From Octopus vulgaris (taxonomy: Eukaryota), in contig OX597836.1 in NCBI GenBank assembly GCA_951406725.2, positions 29,760,001 through 29,824,000 of the forward strand: a DNA stretch of 64,000 bases, written 5' to 3'. This document shows positions 51,213 through 62,830 of the stretch, in pieces. The notes under the pieces are model-generated. The model saw only the letters and a list, made by a program, of their open reading frames with translations. It had not been told where the DNA came from and did no database searches. The position numbers and the translations under genes were made by a program. Position 1 is the first letter of the stretch. Each line of letters opens with the position of its first letter.

Positions 51213-53089
51213 GTAATTGCATCTTCTTTTTAATATTTATTTTTGCTTTGTTTTCAACACTGACAGGAGTTGGTAAGAAGGTGTACTGGAAATGTAAGCA
51301 TTTGCATAAAGATACATTTGCAGATATATATTTGTGTGTATATAATTCAGTTACATAAGTCTTATAAGAATGTAAACACTTTATGTTGGCATTTTTTGTT
51401 CATTTCTTAATATGACAGACTCAGAAGGGTTCATGTGTAGGACCTGATTTCTGACACAATTCCATTTCATCTTATACTTCATAATAGGCTGATGTTGAGA
51501 AACAGCAAAAAAAATGAATGTATTTTAAATGCTAAAATAATTCTTTCACAATGTAATTGTTCCAGTTTCAACACATGGTCTCATACCAAGTACAATTCCA
51601 AAGCTATTGTACTACAATGGTACTCTTTCTACAGCCTGGGTGTTCAGCCAGTTTAACAAAGTTGTGCAAATTTAGGCAATTCAAAATGTAGAGACATTTG
51701 AAAACTTAACCATTCCAGTTGCATTTTTTTTGGAGGCATTTTTAGTTTTAAACTTTTACTTATGAAATTATATCTTTATTTGCTGTCTTTTTTTTATGGC
51801 TTAGTCATCAGAAGAAGGTAGGACTTTCAAGACTGGTGGTGGGGTTGGATGGGGGGTGGGGGAGTCACTGCATCTGTGTGGACTCATAAAACTCTCAAGG
51901 ACCCCCTGGTGATGGATTATAGCTACCAGCCAAGAACCCTGTCCGACAGGTTTCCTTCCTTTCACTCTCAAGGCTTTGTTCAACCCAAGGTTTGACTTGG
52001 TAGGAACAAAACCAGAGCCCTATATGTAATATGTATAAGATTTGACATCTAGACACACTGCTATGTGTACAAAATAGTCTAATTGATATTTAACATTATA
52101 CAATTTTGTTAAAACTCTACGGTATATCATTGTTGTTATATTAAACTGAACTCTAGTTATTAGTGTTTTATCTGCCCTGATTGTTTCATCATTACACTAA
52201 ATTGAACTATATATAGTTGGTCGCATAGTACCTGCTAAAAGGGACTTTTCTGCTTCCTTTTACTTATTCTTCATGCTTCATTTTTCACTCCATTTTCTTG
52301 TTTAATTTTGCCTTCTATCAGTTGTCTCCTTCATTATTCTCACTGGCATACTTTATTTCTTCTCTGTATATTTCTCTCACATCTGTTTACCTTCTTAACT
52401 TTCCTACTCATATTTTGATATCATATACTAATATCTCTCTCTCATTTCATCACATGATCTCATTCTCTCTATTGTAGAGCAGTCCCCCCATCCTCACTTT
52501 TCCTAACACTATCACTCTTGTTTTCATCCCTGTCTCTATATATATTTCAGTGTCTACTCGCATGACTACTTAGATCACTGGCTACTGATATATTTATGCA
52601 TCCTACTCTATCAAACTCCTACCAATATATATATATTATATATATATATATATCTCAAATCTGCCTTGCTTTATAATACATTCTTTCTCTCTCTTCCTAC
52701 TCTCAGCACAGCCACTTTCTCCTTCCAGTGTGACAGAAAGAAGGAAACGAAACAAAATAAATATGGACACGTGACTTGGTATTTTATATATTAAGATAAT
52801 GTTCAACTTCAGTTTTGTCTTTAAAAGGCTTTAATTGCCCAAACCATGAAATATCCACCAGTTTTCACAGTGAAACACAACAGCCTATACATGTCACAGA
52901 TTTTGATAACCTATCGTATTTCAGAAATCTTGTACTTTTAACATGTACAACCCTAAAAACTTAGAGTTGTACCTGTTAAAAAGAAACATTTAATATTACA
53001 AGCAAAAATACGAAAATTTAATGGCAAACAGTTCAACTGAAAAATTTATTCTCCAAAAGTATCAGTCCAAGTCACTGCTCCTCCACATT

Positions 53090-53330
53090 GAGAGGTCACG
53101 GGGAAAGAATCGCAAGACGAATTTTTCAAGTTGAGCCAATTAGCAGGAGACCTCGGGATAGAGCAAGAAAGAGATGTTTGGATAATTTCCATTGTCTTAG
53201 TTGGTCACACTTGGGAATCCTACCAGAAAAATGTAACGACGGTTGCTTCTGACAGGACCCTATGGAGGAGGGGTTTCAGGACTCTTCCTCGAAATCTTCC
53301 CAGGTGTAATGGGCAGAGAAGATAGGTGGA
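53090..53330 (+). mobile_element. RTE-like LINE 3' ORF fragment
   Basis: RPRDRARKRCLD (cf. GRPRKRWLD) and ASDRTLWR motifs across frameshifts. Confidence 0.5.
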
Positions 53331-53399
53331 TGGTTAAATATTGGGGATAATTAGCAATGTGGTTATGATAGAAAATATATAATTTGAGTTAGTGTTAGC

Positions 53400-55719
53400 T
53401 GATTAATGTTGTCTGAGTTGTCGGTGATTAAGCCCATGATTCAGAATAAAATTCACCATAGTTGTAATCGGTTTTAGTATGCAAGAAATATCAAAGTGTT
53501 TTCCACAGAGTGCTTGCTGATATATAATGCAGTGTATAAGCAGAGCTTTTGGAAGTTGCTCCTCCAACATGGTCTGGATCTGCCCTACCAAACCCTTCCT
53601 CACTCCTGCCATGCTTTTCTCTCCATCGACTGTAACATACACGAAAGCGGATTCCACTGAAGGTTGTAGTTTTGCAGTTTTCTGCACCTCTATGAAAATA
53701 TTTTCTCCAGGTGTTGTTCCATGTATACTGCAAACAGATGCCATTGTATAATCTCAAATTTGCAATTAATACCACGAATGAACCCAAGAAGTTGTGATGT
53801 TCTAGAGAGATCAGTAGGCTCGTCCATTGCAAGAGAATACCACAAAAATTTCTTAGCTTTCTCGTGTATCTGTAACTGTATGTTCTCTCCAAGGTCTTCT
53901 ATTCCCTGCACAACTGAACCTGTTGAAAGGCTGATACAGTCAAACATGTTAGCTTTTTCAGGGCACAGGTCATTTGCTGCTTCCATCATGCACTCTTTTA
54001 TAAAGTTTCCGCCAGTAAACGGTTTTCCCCGTTCTGCCAACTTATTCACTATTTTGTAACTTACACAAGTGATAGATTCATTTTCAACAAATTTTTTTCG
54101 TAAAGAAATTCCTTTGAGATTCTAAACTGTGTTTCATAGATTAAAATTTCTTGGACTGCGACTTTCCAGAATATTTAGAATGTGTTAAGAGATGTTTTGC
54201 TTCATAGTGATGATAAATATTGTACTCTTTCATAACAGCAACACTTTCGTTGCAAATCAGGCAACTAGCTTTCTGGTCATTTGTTTCCACAAAGAAATAC
54301 TTTTCTCACCATTCTTTATTGAAAATGCACCCAATGTAAGTTATGGACACATAAGAGATGCAGCAACATTAAAGGGAAATTAACAGATAAGATAGCTTTC
54401 ATGTGCGGCAGATGCACAGGGACAATAGACACAGCAGACACTCAGAAAACAGATTCCATCACACTCCAGGGAGAGAAACTAGAAGTAGTTGATAGTTTCC
54501 GCTACCTGGGTGACCAAGTTAGTAGCGGAGGTGGATGCACAGAGAGTATCACCACTAGAATACGAATAGCCTGGGCAAAGTTCAGAAAGCTCCTACCCCT
54601 ACTGGCAACAAAAGGTCTCTCCCTCAGAGCGAAAGGTAGATTGTATGATGCATGTGTGCGAACTGCCATGCTTCACGGTAATGAAACATGGGCAGTGACT
54701 GCAGAGGACATGCGTAGACTTGAAAGAAATGAAGCTAGCATGATCCGCTGGATGTGTAGTGTCAGTGTGCACGCAAGACAGAGTGTAAGCATCCTAAGAG
54801 AAATGCTGGATATAAGAAGCATCAGATGTGGTGTGCAAGAGCGACGCTTGCGATGGTATGGTCATGTGCTGCGGATGGATGAAGAGAGATGTGTGAAGAA
54901 GTGCCACTCCCAAACAGTTGAAGGTATCAGAGGGAGAGGTAGACCCAGGAAGACATGGGATGAGGTAGTCAAGCATGACCTCAGAGCATTGGGCCTCACT
55001 GAGGCAATGGCGAAAGACCGAGATCTCTGGAGATATGCTGTGACTGCAAAGACCCGGGCTGCTTTCTGCAGCAATTCCACATACCCCCTACCCATTCAAA
55101 GTACCCCGGATCCCCAAAGTACCCCAGATCCCCAAAGTACCCCGGACCCAGTTGCCCCCGTGCCGCTGGCACGTTAAAAGCTCGAACCGATCGCGACCAA
55201 TGCCGGACCCCCCGGCCCCTGTGCAGGTGGCACGTAAAAAGCACCCAATCCACTCACGGAGTGGTTGGCGTTAGGAAGGGCATCCAGCCGTAGAAACTCT
55301 GCCAAATCAGACTGGAGCCTGGAGCGGCCCCTGGCTTCCCAGACCCCGGTCAAACCGTCCAACCCGTGCTAGCGCGGAAAACGGACGTTAAACGAGATGA
55401 TGATGATGTGACATCATCAACCTTTCTCTTCTTAATAGCCATAACGATGGGTGAAGAAAAAAGCCAAAGCAGTCTTAGGCCTCGGCATCAGATATTCTCA
55501 TTTTGTAATCACTAATAACTGACTAGCCCAAGGCACACGTGATGTACTGTAGTAATTATTATGGTGCGTGAAATACATAGCGCATGACATGACTGACTCA
55601 GTATACATACGACATGTGTAATCTAAGAAGAAGCAGTATAAAAGCATGTTTATTTTTTTTCAGCATACGACCGCGGGCTGGACAAATTGATGTCGCTGGC
55701 TGTAGTTTGGTGGCCCATG
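53400..55719 (-). mobile_element. hAT (GTF2IRD2/Charlie-like) transposon fossil split by an RTE insertion
   Basis: ATG at 55442 (MAIKKRKVDD); CLICNESVAVMKEYN..HYEAKH finger; KPFTGGNFIKECM, SLAMDEPTD, VTVDG and HCIIYQQALC motifs; terminus ...GTAGTTTGGTGGCCCATG at 55719. Confidence 0.85.
54326..55408 (+). mobile_element. Young 5'-truncated RTE LINE with an open RT C-terminal frame (54326-55177)
   Basis: VDSFRYLG, RIRIAWAKF, KGRLYDACVR, RRLRWYGHV, GRGRPRKTW and DRDLWR motifs without stops; 18-bp tandem x3 near the stop; (GAT)n tail. Confidence 0.92.
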
Positions 55720-56060
55720 GTTTAGTTGAGCAAATCACTCCCAGTACTTTTTTTTTTTTTTTGAAGTCTGGACCTTATTCTATCAGTTCCTTTTGCTGAA
55801 CTGCTAAGTTACAGGGATGGAAACAAACCGACATTAGTTGTCAAGCAATAGTAGGGGGCAAATACAACACAAAAATGTTTGTGTATATACACACACGTGC
55901 GCACGACAGGCTTCTTTCAGTTTCTATCTGGCACTCACAAGGCTTTGGCCAACCTGGAGCTTTTACCAAGCAACACTTGCCTAAGATGCCCCACACTGGG
56001 ATTGCACCTGAAAGCATGTGGCTGGATGCAAGTTTATCAACTACACATCCATGGCTGCAT
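55720..56060 (-). mobile_element. Diverged SINE family A abutting the hAT terminus
   Basis: Family match beginning immediately after 55719. Confidence 0.7.
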
Positions 56061-57343
56061 TTTATTATTTTTAAAAATCTAAATAAGTTTGCTTATTAAA
56101 CTGCTACTAATTACATTTGACTTTTTTTGTTTGTAAAGTGGTTGGAAATTTTTTTCCATGGAAAGTCTTGGATAATTTAACTGTGTCGATACCAAGCCAG
56201 CTGAAACTGCCTGTAATTAAACTGTTGATATTTAAATTAAAATCTTGGTTAAAATTCTCATTACAATAAGGATGATATTGAGAGATTTCAGTTAGGCAAA
56301 TAATACCACCCTAATAATATATTTAGACTAAGGAATATTTTAGTATACTATACTCTACTTTCCCCCAAATCTTTATATTGAAAATTGAGACCTCAACAGA
56401 TGAGATATTAGAAATTTAGTTTTGGGAGTGGTCCTTATTCATGAAACAGGCAGGATGTGTCTCAGTTTGAATCTGTATGGTATCAAACCTGATAATATTT
56501 TTAAAATAAGAAATATATTAATCTCCACTCCTACTTATCATCCTCCATTAGTTGATGATTGATGTTTTAATAAACTTTCATTTTCTAGGAATCTGTAACA
56601 GTGTTCTCTGCAATACTGTGTAAACAGGATATAGATATGGTCATGTAACTAAGTTCACTTTTCAGTTGTGTGGTTCTGGGTTCAATCTTACTGTGTGACA
56701 CACTGTGTAAATATCTACCCAAGGCCTTGAGTCAGTCACTCCAAGTTGAGTAAGTGAAATTAGGTGGATGTAAACTGCATGGAAGCCAGTGAGGTGGCCT
56801 ATATATATATATATATGTAGCTGTTTGTACATTTTCCTAAAATGCAATTTTGTGAGCATTTCCCCCCTCCCCCCAATCAGCATTAAGTCCACTGTTGTTG
56901 GGACCATCTCTGGTGTAGAAATAACTTATGTGATTACTTCCCTTCTTTTATCATTTCTCTCACATCAAAGATTTGATTTACACTTTTTTTTTGTTTTTGT
57001 AACAGAGTTTGATGTATTAACAAATAATTTGTAGCAGAGCATTGACTTATTTTCTTTCAGTTGTAGTTAAAGCTATAGATTTTTACCCACGTACAATAAT
57101 ACTGTGAGTAAAGACCTATAATTTTTTTTCTGTTTTGGGGGTGGTTGGGGTTATTAATCGATTATATTATCCAAAGCAAAGTAAACCATGGCAATTCAGT
57201 CATCCAAAGTGTGTGCGTGTGTGTGGTGATTTTATATTCTAAATATTCTACTGGTGATTGCATTAGCTTGAGCAGTCGTGTGGCTCAACAGTTCCCAACC
57301 TTGTATAATTCTGATAGGGTTGCAAGGACAAAATTGTTTACTA

Positions 57344-57504
57344 CAGGAGTGGCTGTGTGGTAAGTAGCTTGCTTACCAACCACATGGTTCTGGGTTCAGT
57401 CCCACTGCGTGGCATCTTGGGCAAGTGTCTTCTGCTATAGCCCCGGGCCGACCAATGCCTTGTGAGTGGATTTGGTAGACGGAAACTGAAAGAAGCCTGT
57501 CGTA

Positions 57505-57561
<57 letters not shown>

Positions 57562-57766
57562 TTGTGTGTATGTGTTTGTCCCCCTAGCATTGCTTGACAA
57601 CCGATGCTGGTGTGTTTATGTCCCCCGTTACTTAGCGGTTCGGCAAAAGAGACCGATAGAATAAGTACTGGGCTTACAAAAGAATAAGTTCCGGGGTCGA
57701 GTTGCTCGATTAAAGGCGGTGCTCCAGCATGGCCACAGTCAAATGACTGAAACAAGTAAAAGAGTA
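57344..57766 (+). mobile_element. SINE family A, full length
   Basis: Full family match. Confidence 0.9.
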
Positions 57767-58625
57767 ATTGGTAAAATGTTGAATGCTATACAAGTATTAG
57801 GCATGACACATTAGCTGAGGAATATTTTTTTTCTCAAGAAAAGTATTAAATGTTACATTTTCTGAAAATTATTTACTATAAAAATCGGGGGCAGATATTG
57901 ATTTTTCAAATTGGGTTGTAGTGAGTTGAGAACACTAGTGTAGAGGGTTCCTTGTCAGTGTGGAGCATCCATGGTATTAGTAACATGTATTGTTTTACTC
58001 GTAATTAGTTATATATGGAGAAGTATGTTAATAATTAAAACTTTGTTACTGTTATAGATATTTAGTTATTGGTTTAGACAATGTTGTTTATCCTTATGTA
58101 GGCCATGATTGAGCAGACCTATGTTCAGAGGTGTTTCTGCTGTAGTCATTTAATTATTAACATACTTCTCCATATATAACTAATTACCAGTAAAACAATA
58201 CATGTTACTAATACCATGGATGCTCCACACTGACAAGGAACCCTCTACACTAGTGTTCTCAACTCACTACAACCCAATTTGAAAAATCAATATCTGCCCC
58301 CGATTTTTATAGTAAATAATTTTCAGAAAATGTAACATTTAATACTTTTCTTGAGAAAAAAATATTCCTCAGCTAATGTGTCATGCCTAATACTTGTACA
58401 GCATTCAACATTTTACCAATTACTCTTTTACTTGTTTCAGTCATTTGACTGTGGCCATGCTGGAGCACCGCCTTTAATCGAGCAACTCGACCCCGGAACT
58501 TATTCTTTTGTAAGCCCAGTACTTATTCTATCGGTCTCTTTTGCCGAACCGCTAAGTAACGGGGGACATAAACACACCAGCATCGGTTGTCAAGCAATGC
58601 TAGGGGGACAAACACATACACACAA

Positions 58626-58674
<49 letters not shown>
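57511..58674. repeat. Long inverted duplication (arms ~57511-58039 and 58149-58674; 109-bp spacer)
   Basis: The right arm is the reverse complement of the left, including ~270 bp of non-SINE flank; only a few differences. Confidence 0.95.
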
Positions 58675-58677
<3 letters not shown>

Positions 58678-59213
58678 ATATACACACACACATATACATC
58701 TAAGCATTTTCGAAGGTATCCTTTAAGATAACAGGAGTGTTATTGGAGGGAAATTTGGGTGCTATTTCTAGCAAGTTCACTGATTGCATGGAGCAGTCAT
58801 GGACAACCTGCAGTCTGTTGGACTTTCTAAATGGCACACCTAACAAAATATATCCTTGAATTTTTAGTGATGCAGCCCACCTTGAAAAATGTTGTCCACA
58901 CTAATATTGTACACTTGATTGTAAGGATGAAGTGGATTTCATCAATTCAATATTTGTCTATTGTCTTTTTGTTTGTTATGAAAGTATGTCACCTTGAGCA
59001 AGTACCTTCTCTCATAGTTTTGAGTTGACCAAATACCTTGGGACTGTTATACAGTTGACAGTGTGTGTGTGTGTGTGTGGAAGCTCTAAACATCGATGAA
59101 AAAACTGATGTTTGAATAAGAATATTCTGTGGGTGTTTGCACAGAAAATCCGTTACCTCTCTTGCTGCCAAAAATGTGATATAAAATAAATTCTAAAACC
59201 CAAATCACGGGTT

Positions 59214-59600
59214 TCATCACTTAACGTCTGTTGTCCATGTTGGCATGGGTTGGATGGTTTGACCAGAGCTGAAAGGCTGCACAAGACTCCAGTCTGATTC
59301 GTCATGGTTTTCTGTGACTTGTTGTCCTTCCTAATGCCAATCACTTTACAGAGTGTAATAGGTGTTTTTACATGCCACCGGCACAGGTGTCATTTATGTG
59401 ACACCAGTATCTGTCTTGACTGCGATTTTACTTGACTTGATGGGTCTTCTTCTCAAGCACAACTTAATGCTAAAAGTCTTGGTCATTCGTCATTGCCTCC
59501 ATGAGGCCCAACACTAGAAAGGTGCTTTTTTTTGTGCCACCGACATGCATGCCAGTTAAGTGACACCAGCATCAGCCACGACTACAATTTCACGTGGCTT
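59214..59600 (-). mobile_element. Diverged RTE 3' end
   Basis: Reverse complement of the RTE tail; similar to 11460-11620. Confidence 0.7.
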
Positions 59601-59899
59601 AGAATGTGTCTATAAAGTAGGCATATAAAATACATTTCAAAGCTGAGCAAAATTTCTATTAAGTTTTTCAGCAGAAAATGTAAATTGAATCCTGTCTTTT
59701 AAAACACTGTATTAGTAATTGTCTTTAAAAATATACTCTTCTTACCGGTTTCAGTCATTGGACTATGGCCATGCTGAGCAACATACTTTGAGTGTTGTGC
59801 AGCCCCATGGCTTACCAGCCCTGGTCAAACCATCCAGCTACATCTATCCAGCTGAGATTGAACCTAAAACCATACTGGTATACATACTTACTTGTACTT

Positions 59900-60250
59900 G
59901 TGGCGACATTCACTCTGGGCGGGTTGAGTCGGCTTCTTCTACTCATGGAAGAAGTTTCGTGGGAATATGTGGATTTCACAAGCGGTCCCCAACAATCCTG
60001 CATGTGGAGACATCCTGTTTGCCGCAGATTGTCCGCAGACGCAGGGACAGAACGACCGAGGAGCCGCTGGTTGCCGAAGCAGTCACTCCGAGGATTTTCA
60101 CCAGAGCCCCGTTTGCCGGGTTGTGGCCTTAATACCACTCGGTGTCAGACCAATCTGCCTTGGGTGGCCCTACCAGGAACCGAAGTTCCCGACGGCATAG
60201 CTCTGGCACTACCTGTTGCCAGCGTCCCCACCACGGTGAGGAGGGGATGG
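59900..60250 (-). mobile_element. GC/CpG-rich RTE LINE 5' leader fragment
   Basis: CACCGTGGTGGGG...GAGCTATGCCGTCGGGAACTTCGGTTCCTGGTAGGGCCACCCAAGGCAGA..GGTC resembles Rex3/BovB-type RTE 5' UTRs as I recall them. Confidence 0.6.
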
Positions 60251-60708
60251 ACTTTGGGGTATACATACACTAAAATATAATACAATGTTGTGTTTTTTCT
60301 TTTCTTTTAAATAAAATAAAATATGAAAGATTTATTTAAGTGAAATATTAGCTACAAATAGTGAAATAGGAAATGGAAAGTATTTTCCATTAATGTTTTG
60401 GGAAAAAACCCCAGCCATTGTTGAATAGTTTCAACCAATCTGTCATTGAGTTTCTCAAATTATTTCTAGTTTGATCTCTAATATTTCTTGCATCAAATAT
60501 GTTTAATACTAACTTCTTAACTATAGTGAACTAATTATTTTTAGTTTCATCTTTGCATTAGAGATGTTTAATACTAAACTATACCTAAGTTTACCTGGCA
60601 GATGCTTGCTATCAGTGACACATTTCATTTATCCTGCTTTGAACAATTTCACAGAGAAAATTACTATCTGTAAATCTCTCAACAAGAGATATTCAGCAAC
60701 AGTACTCT

Positions 60709-60893
60709 AGAGTAAAGATTATTAGCCAACATAACACGGCAGTGCTGGTTTAGGACGAATGCTGCTGTAATTTAGCTATATGGCAGATTGTGTCATATAA
60801 CCAGCCGGAGACACTGTCTCCTGGGGCTAAATTACAGCAACGTTCGTCCTAAACCAGCGCTGCCGTTTTATGTTGGCAAATAATCTTTACTCT
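60709..60893. repeat. 185-bp palindromic MITE-like element
   Basis: ~70-bp arms: AGAGTAAAGATT...GGTTTAGGACGAA...TGTAATTTAGC / GCTAAATTACA...TTCGTCCTAAACC...AATCTTTACTCT. Confidence 0.85.
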
Positions 60894-61641
60894 TATTTCA
60901 CAGAGGTTTTCATTTTACCCAGTCAAGGTGATGAGGTGGCAGAATCGTTAGCATGCTGGGTAAAATGCTTGGCCCTCATGTTCTGAGTTAAAATTGTTTT
61001 GGGGTTGATGTAATCAGCTAGTACTCTCCCCCAAAATTTCAGTACTTGTGCCTCTTGTAGTTATCTCTAATAGTTATGTTCCTGGTGTTGGTCTTGAAAA
61101 CTTGGTGATATTTATGGCATTGTGTTGATTGCTCTATTCATGTCAGTTTCTTCCGCTTCAGTTCTAGTATCACTGTGTCATTAGAAATACTTCTGTTGTT
61201 TAAAGTAAAATTGAAACGCGTTTCCTTCAGTATTTTTCAGTGTCTTTAAATTCGTATTGTCAGAATTAGTTTTATGATCCATGAGTAATTTTAAAAAAAA
61301 ATGTGTGGTGACCAAAAAAAAAAAAAGGATATTAATAATAATGGATATTTATTAAAGTTGTTGGCCAATAGTTTTTAGTAAATTGTAAAATGCTTTTTGA
61401 ATATGTTTTCATAACATTTTACACACACACACTCACATGCACATATAAGGAAGTTTACAGTGAAGATGTTTTGTGACTGGCTGTCAGCACGCATTGATAA
61501 CTAATCATCATTGTGAAATGATATTCTGGTTGTCATGAGACTTGTAATTAGAGCTTAGGAGATAAAATTCTATCCAGCCACTGTGTATCAAACTAACAAA
61601 AGATATACCTGAATGACTGTCCCACATTCCAGGCATTTAAC

Positions 61642-62121
61642 TCGAGCGTGATCGTTACCTGCGTTGCCTTACTGGCACTTGTGCTGGTGGCACATGAAAA
61701 AACATTTGAGTGAGGTCGTTGCCAGTGCTGCTGGACTGGCTCCTGTGCAGGTGGCACATAAAAAGCACCATTCGAGCGTGATCGTTACCTGCGTTGCCTT
61801 TCTGGCACTTGTGCTGGTGGCACATGAAAAAACATTCGAGCAAGGTCGTTGCCAGTGCCACTGGACTGGCTCCTGTGCAGGTGGCACATAAAAAGCACCA
61901 TTTGAGCGTAGCCGTTGCCAGTACTGCCTGACTAGTCCTCATGCCGGTGGCATGTAAAAGCACCCACTACACTCTCTGAGTTGGCGTTAGGAAGGGCATC
62001 CAGCTGTAGAAGCTCTGCCAGATCAGATTGGAGTCTGGTACAGCCATCTGGTTCGCCAGACTTCAGTTAAATCATCCACCCCATGCTAGCATGGAAAGCA
62101 GATGTTAAACGAAGATGATGA
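61642..62121 (+). mobile_element. RTE-tail element with 130-bp tandem repeats
   Basis: Repeat starts at 61642, 61772 and 61902, followed by GGCGTTAGGAAGGGCATCCAGC and a GATGATG tail. Confidence 0.85.
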
Positions 62122-62391
62122 ATTAAGAGCCTTGCATTATCACTTCTCTGCTAGAAACAGCAACCGAATCTCCCTCAAATTACACCCTATCATCTTTTTT
62201 TTTTAAAAAAAGAGTGAAGAGATAGAACACATTGTCTTTGATCATAAGGTGTGTCAGACCAGGACTGACTGGCTGGTTTCATTTAATTTACAACACTTGA
62301 TTGTTACCGTTAAGAAGTTTGCTTTATGTTTGCATGGTTTTGAGTTTGGTTCCACTGTACACTTTGGTCAAGTGTTTTCTATCATAGCCAT

Positions 62392-62830
62392 CGTTGAGAC
62401 ATTGCATCCTTTAACCCTTTAGTATTCAGATTTCTCTGTCAGATGTAAAGCCTGTTTAATCACATTGTTTTAAATTAATTGTACAGCATCTTGAAACTCT
62501 GAGATTTTGATGATGTCCCTGTTTATTTTTAGAATGACTTTGTAGGGTAGGTGTAAGAGGTCAGAGCTGGCTGGTTTCAGCATATAACAAGAAGACAATT
62601 TTGGCCTGGTATGGCCGGTTTAAACACTAAAGGGTTAAAACCTCCATGCTTCTTGAAATTTGCCAACACTACACCTGATATCCTCCCCCTCTATTATGCA
62701 TGCACACTTGTATATCACGACTCATGCACTGTTCACTTTCCTGACATTTGTACATAATTCTATGTACTATAAATGCATCTTTGATAAATTGTAGTACACA
62801 TGAGCGCTATACATAATAATTTGATTATCA
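62392..62830 (+). mobile_element. CR1/L2 3' end interrupted by a MITE
   Basis: GTTGAGACATTGCATCCTT|MITE|AACCTCCATGCTTCTTGAAAT matches 22130-22190. Confidence 0.7.
62411..62638. mobile_element. piggyBac-like MITE, family 3 (opposite orientation)
   Basis: TTAA|CCCTTTAGT...ACTAAAGGG|TTAA. Confidence 0.85.

Noticed and set aside
51213-51358. ORF continuation after the A20 exon ([10 protein letters not shown]...)
   Set aside because: Read-through into T-rich intron beyond the GT donor
59719-60280. GC-rich ORFs of 108-162 aa
   Set aside because: No recognisable domain; better explained as a GC-rich retroelement leader fused to SINE remnants
61642-61960. Repeat-spacer-like pattern resembling CRISPR
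   Set aside because: The 'spacers' are themselves duplicated with a 130-bp period; no cas genes
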